Under the pieces are notes generated by a model. That model was given only the letters and a program-made list of their open reading frames with translations, was not told the origin of the DNA and did not search any database. A program made the translations under genes and the position numbers. A stretch of DNA of 64,000 bases from Sphyrna mokarran (Eukaryota), in assembly GCA_024679065.1 (NCBI GenBank), contig JAGIQG010000003.1:91016001-91080000 (forward strand), given 5' to 3'. Below are positions 1 through 13,419 of the stretch, in pieces. Every line of letters begins with the position of its first letter. The stretch's first letter is position 1.

Positions 1-541
1 AAAGGGAGAGAGAGAAACATTCAGCAAGTAGCTGTGCAATCTATAGTTTCAATTAAGGTGGACTGAAAACCACAGCAGTTAAGACTGACTGCGAAATTGA
101 AGTCTAAAAGAGCAGGAAAGGGGTTTGGATGTGTGTGAAGTGTTAAGTTGACTAAGGATATTGTGAATCAAGAGACTAGCTTCAAGGAACCCAAGACGAG
201 AATGCCATAAGAGTTCTAGCATATTTCCAGTACGTACTGTAAAGACTGAGTGGCATGCATTGAATTTTCGTATCTTGCCATGACTTGAATAGTAGAATGT
301 TAAGTGTTAATCTTTCATGTCCTAAAAGACTTGTTAGCTTGCACTCTAAATTAGTGATTGTCCATTTTGCCAACAAAATCATTTCTTGATAATAATGTAG
401 TTACTCTGAGGTTCAGTATAGAGTCTAAATTCCCATAAATTCTTACATTACAAAATTGTAGTGATTCAAGAAGGTAAGTATCCACTTCTTTCTCGATGTC
501 AATTAGTGATGGGTAATAAATGCTGGATTTGCAGCAATGCC

Positions 542-1310
542 TGTGGTAATATAAACAAGACCTAGCCCTTAAGGCTGATAAAATTGAATATCCTAAATTA
601 AAGAATTGGGCATATTAAAATCAAACAGTCAAACCTCGGGCTGGCCCATTGTACAAATATACAAACATGTCTGAGCCTGACCATCAATCACCCATCATTT
701 CCCCCTACTCATACTTAGCCGGAGATCATTATATCCCATTGAAATGCACTAGAGTATTGTTAGAAGCCCAGATTGGGCCAGACTTTCTGTCACCGTGAGT
801 TCCTGCAGTTGGCTTATCTGATAACAGGTTACATGAAAGCAATAGCATGGAGATGGACCCAGGCGTCCTGTCAGGCGGAAATCAAGAACCCACTGGTGTT
901 GGAACCGCCTCCTCGGACCTCATTGGCCGGAAACCAGAGAAGTTTTTAGATATCAGCAGGGAAGACTTGATGAGGGAGGTGGTCTTGACCACTCAGAAGA
1001 CCAACCAGAGAAGGAAGGAAGGAAGAAGCTGCCATCGAGACTCACCTTTGTGATGATGGACCAGAGCGGCTCAGATTTGAGCCTGCAGTTTTAACCAAAC
1101 CATCTTTGAAACCATCTTTCAACCATCTTGAATCTAGGGTATCCTCTTGTTTTATGTAGATAATTTGAGGGTTAATAGTGTTATTGTTGATAAGCTTGTT
1201 GAACCTTTACTTGTGTTTGTTCATTGTCCATCTTGCAAATAAGGGCACAGAGGTAAAACCTTAGAGTAAGCAAACTGGTCAAGTGTATCTGAAAATTAAC
1301 AGGTACAACA
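542..1310. mobile_element. Solo LTR of an LTR retrotransposon/ERV, inserted into a LINE 3' tail
   Basis: Starts TGTGGTA, ends TACAACA (imperfect inverted termini). Flanked by ATGCC (537-541) and ATGCT (1311-1315). Removing it restores the LINE tail ...AATAAATGCTGG...CAATGCYCACATC that is also seen near 54150-54190. Confidence 0.8.
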
Positions 1311-2666
1311 ATGCTCACATCTCATAAACAAACTTAGAAAAGCACAGTGGTGCAATACAGATATGCCATTTAGTGAAGCCATGTTTAGAAGTCTCAATTC
1401 TGAAAGATCTGAATTTAGGTGTGATAAGTATTGTTTAACGTTTGTAAGATTTGTGTGTGTGTCTTTAGTTTAATTTTAAGGGAAAAAAAACAAGAACCGT
1501 ATGGGATTGCACAGCATCCTTTCCTGTAAATACAGTCAAATAATGGCCGAGAGTTGGTGCTGCTCCATATCTGGATATATGCAAGTAATCTTGCCCTGAG
1601 CTTCCTAAAAATTAAGCAACCGAGAGCCAAAGCCCATGGTTAAGGTCAATGCAAAAGTTCCAAGTAATTGTTTTTTTTTCCATAGAAAAACTGAAGACAG
1701 CATGAGTGTGTGGAATGTAGACCGAGATCTCTCCCTCCACAAAGCATCTATCCGATGATGTACTTTACCCTAACTATTTAAATTTCTGAGGGAAAGTGCT
1801 GCAAAAGTTCTCCCTGACCCTTTAACTAGTTTTGACTCTACTATTGATGACTTGACATTTTCTTGGCTGCAGCAGCACAAGAATCATCATTTTCCACTGA
1901 GTATCTCATCATCTCAGTCAATACCTTTCCCTCTAACCTTCGATCCCATTTCTAACCAGATATATATCTGACTTTTTAAAGGAACTAATCAACCTAGGAT
2001 GCGTTTGCTGGAAGCCCATACCACACAGCTTCCAACCTAATCCCTCGTTTCTGGCTAAAACTTATTAATTTTGTATTTGTGCTTCCTAGTCTGTTGCTCA
2101 CAGTCCAACTATAACAGTTTAAATATGTCTTCATCGTTCCTGCATCTCAAACATTTTAAAGATCAGGATCAATTTCTTCCTTCAAAGAATTTCCAATTTC
2201 AAGTCCATGTAAATTTTCAAATGCTAAATCCCTGAGTTAAAGAATCCATTGTGATTCTTTTCTCAATCTAACAGATTTTCAGTCAAAACTGCAAACAAAA
2301 TTCTATATCTGATTTCTGGGTGATTAATGTAATGTTAGAAGACATATTTCTCGTTGTCACTGAATGCCCTTGAAGGACTATCTCTTTATTTGGTCAGTAT
2401 TGCTTGTATCAGCTTCATACTCTTTGAAAAACATTCTTAAATGATCAATATTTAAATGCAATTTATTTTATCTTTGCCTCTTTGCTAATGATCAGTAAGT
2501 ATGTTTCAAGTTTTACTTTTGCAATGCACATTACCTTCAGTTCACTATCTATTTTCCATAGTAAAGTTTTTTTCTAGTCCAGAATTTATTTTGTTTACTG
2601 GTTTAGATCCCTATGAATGCTATTAGTCTTCATTATATTTGTCATCTGCAGCATATAACTAGCACA

Positions 2667-2980
2667 GGGCGGCATGGTGGCACAGTGGTTAGCACTGTTA
2701 CCTCACTGCACCAGGAACCAAGGTTTGATTGTCAGTTTGGGTCACTGTCTGTGTGCAATTTGCATGTTCTCCCCATGTCTGCTTGGGTTTCCTCTGGGTG
2801 CTGTGGTTTCCTCCCACAGTCTGAATGATGTGCTGGTTAGTTGGATTGGCCCTGCTACATTTGTCTCTCGATGTACCCAAACAGACGCCGGAGTATGGCA
2901 ACTAGGGGATTTTCACAGCAACTTCATTGCAGTGTTAGTATAAGTTTACATGTGACAACAATAAAAACTACTTTAAACTT
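2667..2980 (+). mobile_element. tRNA-derived V-SINE (HE1-like head and core, non-CR1 tail)
   Basis: GGGCGGCATGGTGGCACAGTGGTTAGCAC A-box head and V-domain TTCTCCCCATGTCTGCTTGGGTTTCCTCTGGGTGC...TTTCCTCCCACAGTC. Tail TTCATTGCAGTGTTA...AATAAA is shared with 20944-21218. Confidence 0.9.
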
Positions 2981-4399
2981 CTTGTCATCAGTATAAGTTT
3001 TAATATTACTGTATTCCCTCATCTCAAAGTACAATACAACATCACACAAAATGTAAGTTTATCCCTCTGTAGACTGACTTCTTCACACTTAATGTCACTG
3101 TTCATGTGCTGTCAGGCTAATTTTCAATCAAGTCAGCTGACCATTAATTCCACAGAACTTAACCTACTCATGAAAGCAATCAATGCACTTCATGGTAGTT
3201 AAATTGTGTCAAACACTCTTAGGCATTTTGACCTGATAAATGTAAGCTTTGTTTATTTTAGCGGAACTTCAGGGAATAACTTTTGAAAATCCAAGTAAAT
3301 TACGTGCACTGAACAACCATCATTCTCTGAATTAGTCACAGCCTTAAGGAATTACAGCCATACATTTCTCAAGGACAAACCTTAATCAGTATTACATAAA
3401 TTACACTAAAGGAGGTTCAGAGCTCATCTTGTTTGTGAACATTGGAGTATTATTTGTTCTTTAAAAGATGGTGTTGTACTTACAGCAGTCTTAAATTTAT
3501 TAACCAAGGTTTTGCCAGTTTCTTCAATCAATTGAATTCTGGATTGTATTTGATGTGATAGAATCTAAGTTTAATTCTTAGCGCTTCTTCATTCCAGTGA
3601 TTTTAATCCTAAATTTCTCATATTTCTGCATCCAAAATTTCTCAGTAATCTTAATTTTTTAAACATTGAAGTGAAGAATTAATTTAGCACATCTTCTGTT
3701 GCCTGATCTCTATAACATTTCTATTCAATTATTACTTGAAGGATCGAAATGAAAGTTAACACTCTATTTTCAGAGCTGAAAAAATTCTTTGTAATATTTT
3801 GATTTTACCTTCAATACAATCTCAGAGCTAGGAATGTCTAAGATAATTAGAAGGACATGCACTCACCTTATTTGCTGACACAGCACAGTAGCTACAGGGC
3901 CAATTTAAGAATACAGTAATGAATTTTCACCCTTGAGTTAATTTTAATGGATCACAACCTCATTAATTCTATACTTCTGATTGAAATAGGAGCAATAAGG
4001 GCAAGAATCGATCTCAGGTTGCCACCCAAGTGCCACCATTCAAATACAGTGTTGAAGAATTGAATTCATCTATGTTGAGAGTGCCGCCTGATGGACTCGC
4101 TGGTAAGTGCAGACATATCATTTTGGATACAAAACTACATGGAATGATGCCAATTAGTGACATTTGACTTAATTTCTAGAGAGTTCTTTGGGTACAAATT
4201 CTAACTGGTAGCGTTTCTGAAGTCGTTTCTGGAGCTAGCTATGTCTATTTGTTATAATACAAGTTTATATTGCAACAATTACCTGTTGATCAAGTTGGTA
4301 TTGGCAATAGCATATGTAGTATGCCTAACCCCGGAACAACTTGCAAGAACATGCAAGTAATTTCCATGGCATTCACAAGAAGGCCAATGAACAAGATTT

Positions 4400-4680
4400 G
4401 ATGACAAACAACATAAGTTGATATCAGGACAGATTAACAAAAGCTTGGACAAAAAAGGAAGGAGCACCAGAAAGAAATAGAGGAACAGGTAGACATATGC
4501 AAAAATTTAGGGAAGGAATTCCAGAAGATAATTCCCAGGCATATGGAATGAGGAATTAGATGTGCAGCAAGAGATCAGGATTGGAGACATGCAGAGATTC
4601 TGGAAGTTTGTAGAGTTTGAGGAAGTTATTAAGATGGGGAGGAGTGAAGTCATGAAGGAATTGAACATGAGTTAGAAAGG
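4400..4680 (-). mobile_element. Old L2 LINE 3' fragment
   Basis: Similar to 25927-26330 (TTTAGGGAAGGAATTCCAGA..., GGAGTGAAGTCATGAAGGAATT). Confidence 0.55.
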
Positions 4681-5624
4681 AGGTATAATTAATAGTTCCA
4701 ATCATCCTAGTGATGTTTGCCATACTTATGATAACTTTCTACTGTATCTGAAAGTTCTATATTATGTTCTCTAGCATACATTCTATTACAATGTTCATAT
4801 AAAAAGAGCTAAAAATTGCTCTGCTATCCAAAATCCAAAACATGCCTGAAATTATTTGCTCTATTCAAAAGTAGATAGTGAGGTGAAGAGTTACTACATA
4901 AAAGTTATGAAAAACAAAGTTCAACAACTGGAATAAAATGATGTATTGAACATCAGAAAGACATATCATTGCCACTCACTGCTGCAAGGCAATTATGAAT
5001 GTAGACTGTGTATGGGGCAAAACAAGACAAGAGTAATGGAATTAGATCCAAGTGAGGCAAACTACTGTTGGTCAAAGTTTCCAATGAAAATTATCATTGC
5101 GGAGAGTGTGTGTAACTGATTGCAGGACCACACTCCCTGCAGTGACATTGCCTGCTGCCTCAATTGTAAGTTGAGGGATTCAGACCTAAGCTAAGTTCCT
5201 AAACCCCAGGAATATCTCTAGGCCAGGAGGCAAGTGAGAAAGGAGGGCAATGAATTGACGGAAAAAGAAACAAAGAAAAAGGTTACATTGTATCCTGGTT
5301 TCTGATAAGTGGATCCACACAAAATCTAATCACACTGAATTTTAATGTAGAATTTAACTATCATGAAACCCAAAGGGTCCCAAGTGGCTTCCTTCTTTAC
5401 TGTAAATCTTTAGGGTTGTACTGACACTGAGCATTTGACTGCAGTTCCTTTCTCTGTGATTTTAATGGGATGATTAATGTTACTTGTTTATTGTTCCAAG
5501 TGAATTCTCAAGAATGTTCATTTCTTTTATGAAACCAGTGTATATTTAGGTGCATATCTGAAGCCACTATACACATTGATTTTAGGTTGCTTGCATTGAT
5601 AAAATTCTACAAGGAGCATTAGAG

Positions 5625-5810
5625 GCAGGATCATTAAATATTTTTGAGTTAGATTCTTGATTAATAAGGGAGTCAAAGGATATAGAGATGGGTAGACAGG
5701 AATGTAGAATTGAAGCCACAGTCAGATCAGCCATGATCTTGTCAAATGGTGGTGCAGACTCAAGGAGCTGAATGGCTAATTCTTGCTTCTATTTCGTATG
5801 TTAGTATGAT
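5625..5810 (+). mobile_element. CR1 LINE 3' UTR fragment
   Basis: AGATCAGCCATGATCTT...AATGGTGGTGCAGACTCAAGGAGCTGAATGGC...CTTGCTTCTATTTCGTATG, a typical CR1 3' end. Confidence 0.7.
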
Positions 5811-6674
5811 AATATCTGAGCAATTTGTTTTACAGGGATAATACTTCTACTATTGCAAGAATTTCAAACAAATCCATTAAATTCATGTAAGCTATTAATT
5901 TAAGATGAAATTTAACGTTGGAAGGGCTTACCTAATTTCCTGCTAAAGGTTTTAATAGACCCAATTTGTGGGTCACTTGTGACAAAACCCTCCATATCCT
6001 AATAAACCTTTCTTACAAAAACACATCTAACTTATTTCATGCTTCTGGAATTAATTCTAAATTTTATGTTCTTGATGCTGACTCGATGCCATTTTGTAAT
6101 CCATTCACTTTATTTTCCTTGACATTTTGAATATTACAATCTTCTTTGCACTAGTTTCCTGTTCACACAGCTTGGTGTCAGCTGCAAATTTGATATTTCA
6201 TGAAATGCCTTATCTGATATTGTTCATGAATAGCATAAATAATAGCGAAACCAAAATAGATCCCAGTATGAGTCCGATAATTGCTGACCCCCCCACCTCC
6301 CCATAACCATTTATCATTACCTTTTGCTGCCTGTCATCATCAGTTTTTAAAGCAGTCATGTAACCTTTCATTTTTCATTGAAGCTTTATTCTCTGCAGAA
6401 GGCTTCATCATTGAAATCTTGATAAATGCTTCTGAAAATCAAAATCCAACACATTGTAGCCGTTGGATATCCCTTCTTCCCAATTTAATCATCTTTTCAA
6501 AAAATGCCAGTTGACTTACGAGGTTTGACTTATTACTTCTAAAGTCATGCTGTCTCTTCTAATTTGCCAGTGCTTTTTCTAAAAATATGTTAAAAGAAGT
6601 TGAGCAGAATTTTCCGGTGGGCTCTGGGATGAAATAGGATCCTGCATCTGGACTTGGCAGGAGCCGGATAAGGG

Positions 6675-6890
6675 GAGCTTCGAAGGAGGGTCATCTCGAC
6701 TCGAAACATTGGCTGGAATTTTACTGTCCGCCTGCCACGGGCAAGGGGCAGACCATGGAAATGTCGGTTGACCTCAGATGGGATTTTACAGTTTTGGGAT
6801 GGGCAAGGTTGTAAAATCCCGCCCATCTATTTTCTCTTCACAGATGCTCTCAGACTGGCTGAGATTTTCCAGCATTTGCTATTTTGTTGA
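6675..6890 (+). repeat. Penelope-derived short repeat with degenerate hammerhead motif, interrupted by a MITE
   Basis: CGAAGGAGGGTCATCTCGACTCGAAACATT | insert | ...TCTCTTCACAGATGCT...GCTGAGATTTTCCAGCATT. The same family recurs at about 7922, 15400, 21300, 32797, 33050, 37070 and 41265/47345. Confidence 0.7.
6711..6824. mobile_element. ~115 bp Harbinger-type MITE
   Basis: TIRs GGCTGGAATTTTAC / GTAAAATCCCGCCC; flanks ATT/ATC; related inverted copy at 7306-7423. Confidence 0.75.
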
Positions 6891-7305
6891 AGGGAAACTA
6901 TTTTTTGGGAGGCAGCATTCTAATCAGCCACTTCTGAGTTTGCCATCCAGTTAAGTGTAGCAGGCAAGCTCCCAATGATCCCAACACAGTTATTAGACCT
7001 TCAACAGTCCCACCAGGGGAGATGGATACAGAAAAGGCTGGTGAGAGAACATGAGAAACTCAGGGAAGCACCATTAAAAGGGTGAAAATTAATAAATTTA
7101 TTAGATTGAAACAACAGACCCTTCTGATTTGAGGGCCTGTTGTTTAGGCTGTGAGTTCACAGCCTTGGGGGGATTGAGGGGATCTGGGATGAAGCTTTTG
7201 GTTCCATTGCCTCTCACACCTGCAACAGAGAGGCCAACTCCATTTTAGATGGCAGCCTTCTCATGCAGAGAGAGCTTATTTAACAACTATCAAAATGACA
7301 GTCAT

Positions 7306-7423
7306 GGTGGGACGTTACAGCCTTGTTTGACCCAAGACTGGAAAATCCTGCCTGAGGTCAATGGACCTTCTCATTGTCTGCCCTTTGCCCACTCTGATTC
7401 GCATGGCGGGCGGAATGGTAGAT
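7306..7423. mobile_element. Second copy of the same MITE, opposite orientation
   Basis: Reverse-complement similarity to 6711-6824 (AAAATCCTGCCTGAGGTCAATGGAC vs GTCGGTTGACCTCAGATGGGATTTT). Confidence 0.7.
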
Positions 7424-7536
7424 TTAGGAATGAGTGTGCAAAACAGGCCCTGGTCCTGATCTTAAATATGCAATGAATATGTAAAATCCTGAAAACATTC
7501 AGCAGGTCTAACAGCATCTGTGAAGAGTAGTGATGA

Positions 7537-7900
7537 TGTAGAGATGCCAGCATTGGACTGGGGTAAACACAGTAAGATGTCTCATAACATCAGGTTAAAG
7601 TCTAACAGGTTTATTTGGTAGCAAACACTACTAGCTTCCGGAGCGCTGCTCCTTCATCAGGAGAGTGGGGAGTTCTGATCAAAAACAGGGCATATAAAGA
7701 CAAACACTTAATTTACAGAATACTGATTAGCTGTAAAGACACACATTCTAATCAGTATTTTGTAAACTGAGTGTGTGGTCTTTATATGTCCTGTTTATGA
7801 TCAGAATTCCCCACTCTTCGGATGAAAGAGCAAAGCTCCGAAAGCTAGTGGCGTTTGCTACCTAATAAATGTGTTGGACTTTAACCAGGTGTTGTAAGGA
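7537..7900. mobile_element. Penelope-like (PLE) foldback element, inverted pseudo-LTR arms
   Basis: ~150 bp arms at 7580-7730 and 7748-7898 are reverse complements. 9-bp direct repeat TAGTGATGA at 7528-7536 and 7901-7909. Same family as 25367-25913. Confidence 0.8.
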
Positions 7901-10900
7901 TAGTGATGACAGATAAATAATCTGAACTATTAACTCTGTATCTTTACAGTTAGTGGTTTAGATTGATTATGTTTCATCATTAATCTTCATAGACGCTGTC
8001 CAACCTCCTTAATATTTCCAGCATTTTCTGCTTTTAACTTTAGATTTCCAGCTTCGGCATTATTCTGCTCTTCAATATGTAGATTGGCTACCTGTCAATT
8101 TGTAGTGGGTTGGAATGTGTGGGGAACCCTCTGGATGCATCTCTCAGCTATTTTCCCTGACACCCTCTCCCTACTGTTTGTTCCTCCCCCAACTCCACTT
8201 CAAGTCGGAAAAATTCTTGAGCAGGTCCTCCATGATGTTTGGCTAACTGAACTGTAATCCACTGAATTGCTCCTTCTCTAAAACTATTGCCATGACCTAA
8301 ATCACCTTCTCTAAAGGTAAAGCCTGATCGATGTTGGAGAACCTGAAATACTCGCCAACGCTTTAATCATTTTCTCATTCCCATTTCCAAAGAATATTAA
8401 TGGCATCCATATCATACCATCGAATCCAGTGGTGCTTGACTGACTAGGTACATAACTAGGATGCTTGTTAAGGTCCATAAAGTCCATTCTTCCTTATAAA
8501 AGTCTACACAAATTAGCTTCTTTAAGATACACTGAAGCAAACAGTTTAATGGCCAGATCCACACTATGCCAGTGTGTGTTGGGGGCCACATGTGATGATC
8601 GAATCCATTCATCTCAAAAACTTGTTTTTAAATTTAATTAGTTTCTGAAACAAACAGATCATTGTGTTCTGATTTAGAATTATATTCATCACTGAAGCAA
8701 TAGCAACACAGCAGCTCTTTCCAAACCTCCAGACTTGTAAAATTCAAACAAAACAAAAGCTTTCAAAAAAGTAATGTGGCAATAAATATGATTGCACTGA
8801 CTTTGGCTTTGAAATACCAAATGAGCCATAATTTCAATTAATATGAATGATGCTTATCTAGCAATGAACTAATTTTCAAATGTTATAGTTAATTGTTCAA
8901 TCATAGCTTTGAGTAGTTGTTTATGAACTATGGGTTCATGCTTTTAAATAATCAATTTATTTAGAAAAATAGTGCTCTCTTATGAAGCTCTGGTAACTAA
9001 AATAAACATCCTTGTAAGGAGCATTATTTACACAAAATAATATTATAAGTCAAATTGCTATATGTAACATATCGAGAGATATATCTAAGCAGTGATTTTA
9101 GGCTTCAATGCATGTATAACTTTACTGGACTGAAAAAGCTATTGTCACAAATTCATTGTAATCTAATGGCCTATTATCTGACATGTTCTCAGATTGGAAA
9201 CCTTCACAAAGGCAAATGATAAATAAACTGCAACACTCTGCCCTGAATTCCAATCAACCACCTTCTGACAAGTGCCAGGATCAATCCTAAAGAGAAAACT
9301 ACAGAATGATTTTGAAAGGAGATCCATAAACCATTCTATCTCTGCACTGATGAATGCTACTGAATCTCCAAGACAACGCCAACAAGTGACAAATTACTTG
9401 AAGTAAAATTCACATTGCGCTGATTATTGGAGATGGGATGTAAAGTGTAATTAGTTATTAATCTTGAGCCTCTCGGTCTATACACCCTTGAGCAGCACTG
9501 ACTGTATGACCTCAGGTTGAATTTTACCATCTCTTATGGGAATGGGCTGGAAGGCAGGTGCAGAAAAGTGGCAAGTGTCATGCCCGTTTTCTTCCCACTG
9601 CCATGCCAACTTGTCAGCAGTGGAAAACATGGCAACCACCTAAGTGGCAAATTAAGGATCTCTTCCTGCATCTCCTGATGTTTACCCTGAAGTCCACTGC
9701 CACATGAACAGGTACTGAAGTGGGAACAGTTTAGAAGGTTGATTATTAATATTTTCTATCATCTCCATCAATGACAGTAAAGGTAATGATTTTCATTCCC
9801 ATCTGTTTCCCACTTCTATCCAGAAGATATCACCACTCAATGTGGCTGAGTCAAAAACCTGGAATGTTTTCCCTAAGAGCACTGTGCAGTTTAATAAACC
9901 TACCCAGCTCAACTGCAGCAGGTTATGAAGATAAGCCACAACAAACTTTATGCTAGGTATGACTCCAGCCAATAGAGAGTTTTCCCCCTGATTCCCATTG
10001 ATTCCAATTTTGCTAGTGCTCCTTGGTGGCACACTCAGTTAAATGCTGCCTTGATGTCAAGGGCATCACTCTCACCTCATCCCAGGTAAATCTAGAATGG
10101 TACAGTTTTATCTATGAAAAGGAATGTCACAATTCTTTCAAAAATACTGGAGCCAGTGTTTGGGAGACCATTGCTTATGTCGCCCATTATGTAATATATA
10201 AACAGATTAAATAATATTGGTGATCCTGCCTCACTCCTCTTTCAAAGGATTTGGAATATATAACCACCATAAGCTTCAACTTCTCCATTGTACCTCTGGT
10301 TCTTTGTACCTAACTTATTATTTAATAACTTTAATGTGGTTGATTTGTGATACAGTTACTGAGTTTTCTCACTAGATGGGGTTTGTTCCGAGCTGGTCAG
10401 AGACCTTGATTTCCTATCAAGAGAAGTAATTTCAAGGCTATTTTCAGCTTTTCAAAACACCAGGCCGAGAGGTCTCAAGCCATTCATGGTAAATGTTCTT
10501 TGGAACAATGATATGTGTCTGAAAATTGCATCAGGCAATGCCCATTTTTATTTTTATTGTTATATTCAACTTAGTATAGAATTTATTGAGTCGCAGATAA
10601 GAAGATGGTGGTCCATTCCATGTATTCATTATTCTATGTTATAGAGCAGGCACATCAATCTGTTTGACATTCATATACAGAAAGTTAATGTTATGGTTCT
10701 GTTCTTTTCCACCTTTATCTCAATATTGAGCTAAATTGTGGTCTGTTAAACAGTCTGATGATTTATCTTGTGTTGGAAGACCATTCTCTCCTCCAATCCA
10801 ATTTTTGCATATCTCTACTCCAGTGTCTCTATGTATCCCTGTTTAAATTTTATTAAACCAAGATGTTTTAACTTTACTATTTATGTTGAATCTTACGCTA

Positions 10901-10954
10901 GTAAAGGCTAATGCGGGAAGCTGCATTAAATAAAGCTGCATCATGCTCTCCACA

Positions 10955-12100
10955 TTTTATTTTTTTCATGGGATGTGGGCATCACTGGCTAGGCCAGTTT
11001 TTGCCCATTCCTAATTGTTCTGGAGAGCTGCCTTCTTCAATCATTGCAGTCCATGCAGTGTAGGTACATTCATGGTGCTCTTAGGAAGGGTATTCCAGGG
11101 CTTTGACCCAACGACAATGAAAGAATGGTGATTTAGTTCCAAGTCAGGATGGTATAATATTTGGAGGACAATTTGTTGGTGATTGTGTCTTCATGCATCT
11201 GCTTCTCTTTGAGCTTCTACATCTTGAGCTCACTGGTTTAGAGGGTGTGTCAAGGGATTTTTGTGTGATTACTGCAGTGTATCTTGTAGATGGCACGCCC
11301 TGCTGCCAGTGTTCGTCAGTGGGGAGAGAGTGAATGTTGGAGGCAGAGGATGGAGTGCTAATCAACGGGGCTGCTCTGTTCTGGATGGTGTTGTGTTTAT
11401 TGAGTGTTGAAGGAACTGTACTAATCCAGGCAAGTGGAAAGTATTCCATCATACTCCTGTTGCCTTATAAATGGTGGATAGGCTTTAGAAATCAGGAGAT
11501 AGTTACTTTCCAGCCTCTTGATATTTATATGACGAGTTGCGGTTCAATTCTAATCTTGGGTGACTATCTGCGTGGAGTTTGCACATTCTCCCCATGTCTG
11601 GGGGTTTTTCTCCTGGGTGCTCCAGTTTCCTCCCACAGTCCAAAGATGTGCAGGTTAGGTTAATTGGGCATTCTAAATTGTGCCTTAGTTTCGGGGGATT
11701 TAGTAGCATAAATATTTGGGTGTTTTGATTATAGGACCTACGTGGGATTGTGGTTGTTGCACTGTAGGGATTCTATGATTCAGTTCCTGGTCAATGGTAA
11801 CCTTCAAGATGTTGATGGTGATATTTTCAGTGGTGGTAATTCCAGTGGATGTCAAGGGGTGTTGGTTAGCTTCTCTTTTGTTGGGAGATGATTATTGTCT
11901 GGCACTTGTGTGGTGCGAATATTACTTGACATTTATCAGTTCAAGTTTAAATATTGCCCAGGTCTTGTTGCATATGGATATTGCCAGCTTCAGTCTCTGA
12001 GAGGTCATGAATGGTGTTCAACACAGTCGTCAGTGAACATGCCCAATTCTGACCTTATGATGAAAGGACAGTCATTGAAAAAGCAACTGAAGATCATAAG
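10955..12100 (-). mobile_element. CR1-group (jockey-like) LINE 3' portion, decayed, split by a V-SINE
   Basis: Reverse complement of the family at 53092-54200 (CATGGGATGTGGGCATCACTGGC tail; minus-strand MEYFPLAWIS...NTIQNRAAPLI). Confidence 0.8.
11545..11782 (+). mobile_element. HE1-type V-SINE (5' truncated) inside the LINE
   Basis: V-domain GAGTTTGCACATTCTCCCCATGTCTG...CTCCCACAGTCCAAAGATGTGCAGGTTAGG and CR1-type tail CACTGTAGGGATTCTATGATTC. Confidence 0.85.
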
Positions 12101-12344
12101 AGCAATTTTCCTCTTTACTCTGAAAACCTCAAATCATTTCATTTTTATGCAGGATGCTCTGAAATACTGTTTGAAACACATAAGCTCCTTAGTAGATTCT
12201 GGTCTCTTTAGTAGCTAAACAACACAACTTTGCTCTGGAATATTGACTGGATGGAGCCTTCATGGGCAGCTGTAGTGACAGTTGGTAATTCCTATCACCA
12301 TTCTCCAGACAATTGCCCTTGTTCCCTCACTCACAGAGCAGCTT

Positions 12345-12822
12345 TTTGATTTTAATTTGATTTATTATTGTCACGTATTAAAATACAGTGAAAGTATTGT
12401 TTCTTGCACACTCTACAGACAAAGCACGCCATTCATAGAGAAGGAAATGAGAGAGTGCAGAATGTGGTGTTACATTCATAGCAAGGTGAAAAATCAACTT
12501 AATGCGAGGTAAACCCATTCACAAGTCTGACAGCAGCAGGAAAGAAGCTGTTCTTAAGTCGGTTGGTACATGATCTCAGACTTTTGTATCATTTTTCTGA
12601 CAGAATAATGGAAGATAGAATAACCAGGGTGCATGGGGTTCTTAATTATGTTGGCTGCTTTGCTGAGGTAATGGAAAGTGTAGACAGAGTCAATGGATGG
12701 GAGACTGGTTTGCGTGATGGATTGGGCTACATTCACAACCTTGCAGTCTTGGGCAACTCAGGAGCTACACCAAGCTGTGATACAACCAGAAAGAATGCTT
12801 TCTATGGTACATCTGTAAAAGT
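12345..12822 (-). mobile_element. Rex1/Babar LINE 3' end
   Basis: Minus ORF 12554-12736 reads AQSITQTSLPSIDSVYT...KAANIIKNPMHPGYSIF, the Rex1 ORF2 C-terminal signature. AATAATAAATCAAA-type tail at the left end. Confidence 0.8.
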
Positions 12823-13419
12823 TAGGAATTAAACATGACAGTTGTGACATTAATTATTTTTGCCTAGTTTGGTTTTGGCAGTTAATCATTTTAAATTCAG
12901 ACATAGCATGTAAAGGATTCTTAATTGGGCTTCATAGTGTCACTGGGCTACCAAGCCTCCAGGGATCCAAAATGGATACAATTTTGGCCACTTCCAGTGC
13001 ATCCCTGCTAAAGGCCATGTTTAGAAGAGCAATAGGGCTTTTGTATTGTGTGCTAGAAATGTGCAGGGTAAAGAGTTTGTGACATGTCAGTTTGGACCTC
13101 ATAGATCCTATTGAAACTCTTTCATTAACACTGTCAGATGGATACACATTCAGTTTCATGAGGGACCCGCACATTAACGTAATTTAAAGAGTTCACCATT
13201 CAACTTTCAGGTAAGCTTCTTTTGACTTAATTTTGTTGTTGTGAAGTTGTAAGAAGGAATGTTTTTTGTCGTATTGCAGGAGATCTTGCAGGTTGTTTGA
13301 GTGATGCTGCATCTTTGAAAGAAGTGGAATAGAGTTTAAAAGGCTCTCAGCAAAATGTTTTTTCTGACTCATGACAGGGGGTTAAACCTACAGGTCCTCG
13401 TGTGTTTCAGTATGACAGA

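Noticed and set aside
1-440. Possible LTR 3' part at the window start
   Set aside because: Truncated by the window edge; no terminus or TSD can be verified.
2667-2745. tRNA gene
   Set aside because: The tRNA-like head runs straight into the V-SINE core, with no cloverleaf 3' end.
7580-7898. miRNA precursor
   Set aside because: The hairpin is far longer than a pre-miRNA and is fully explained by PLE inversion with a TSD.
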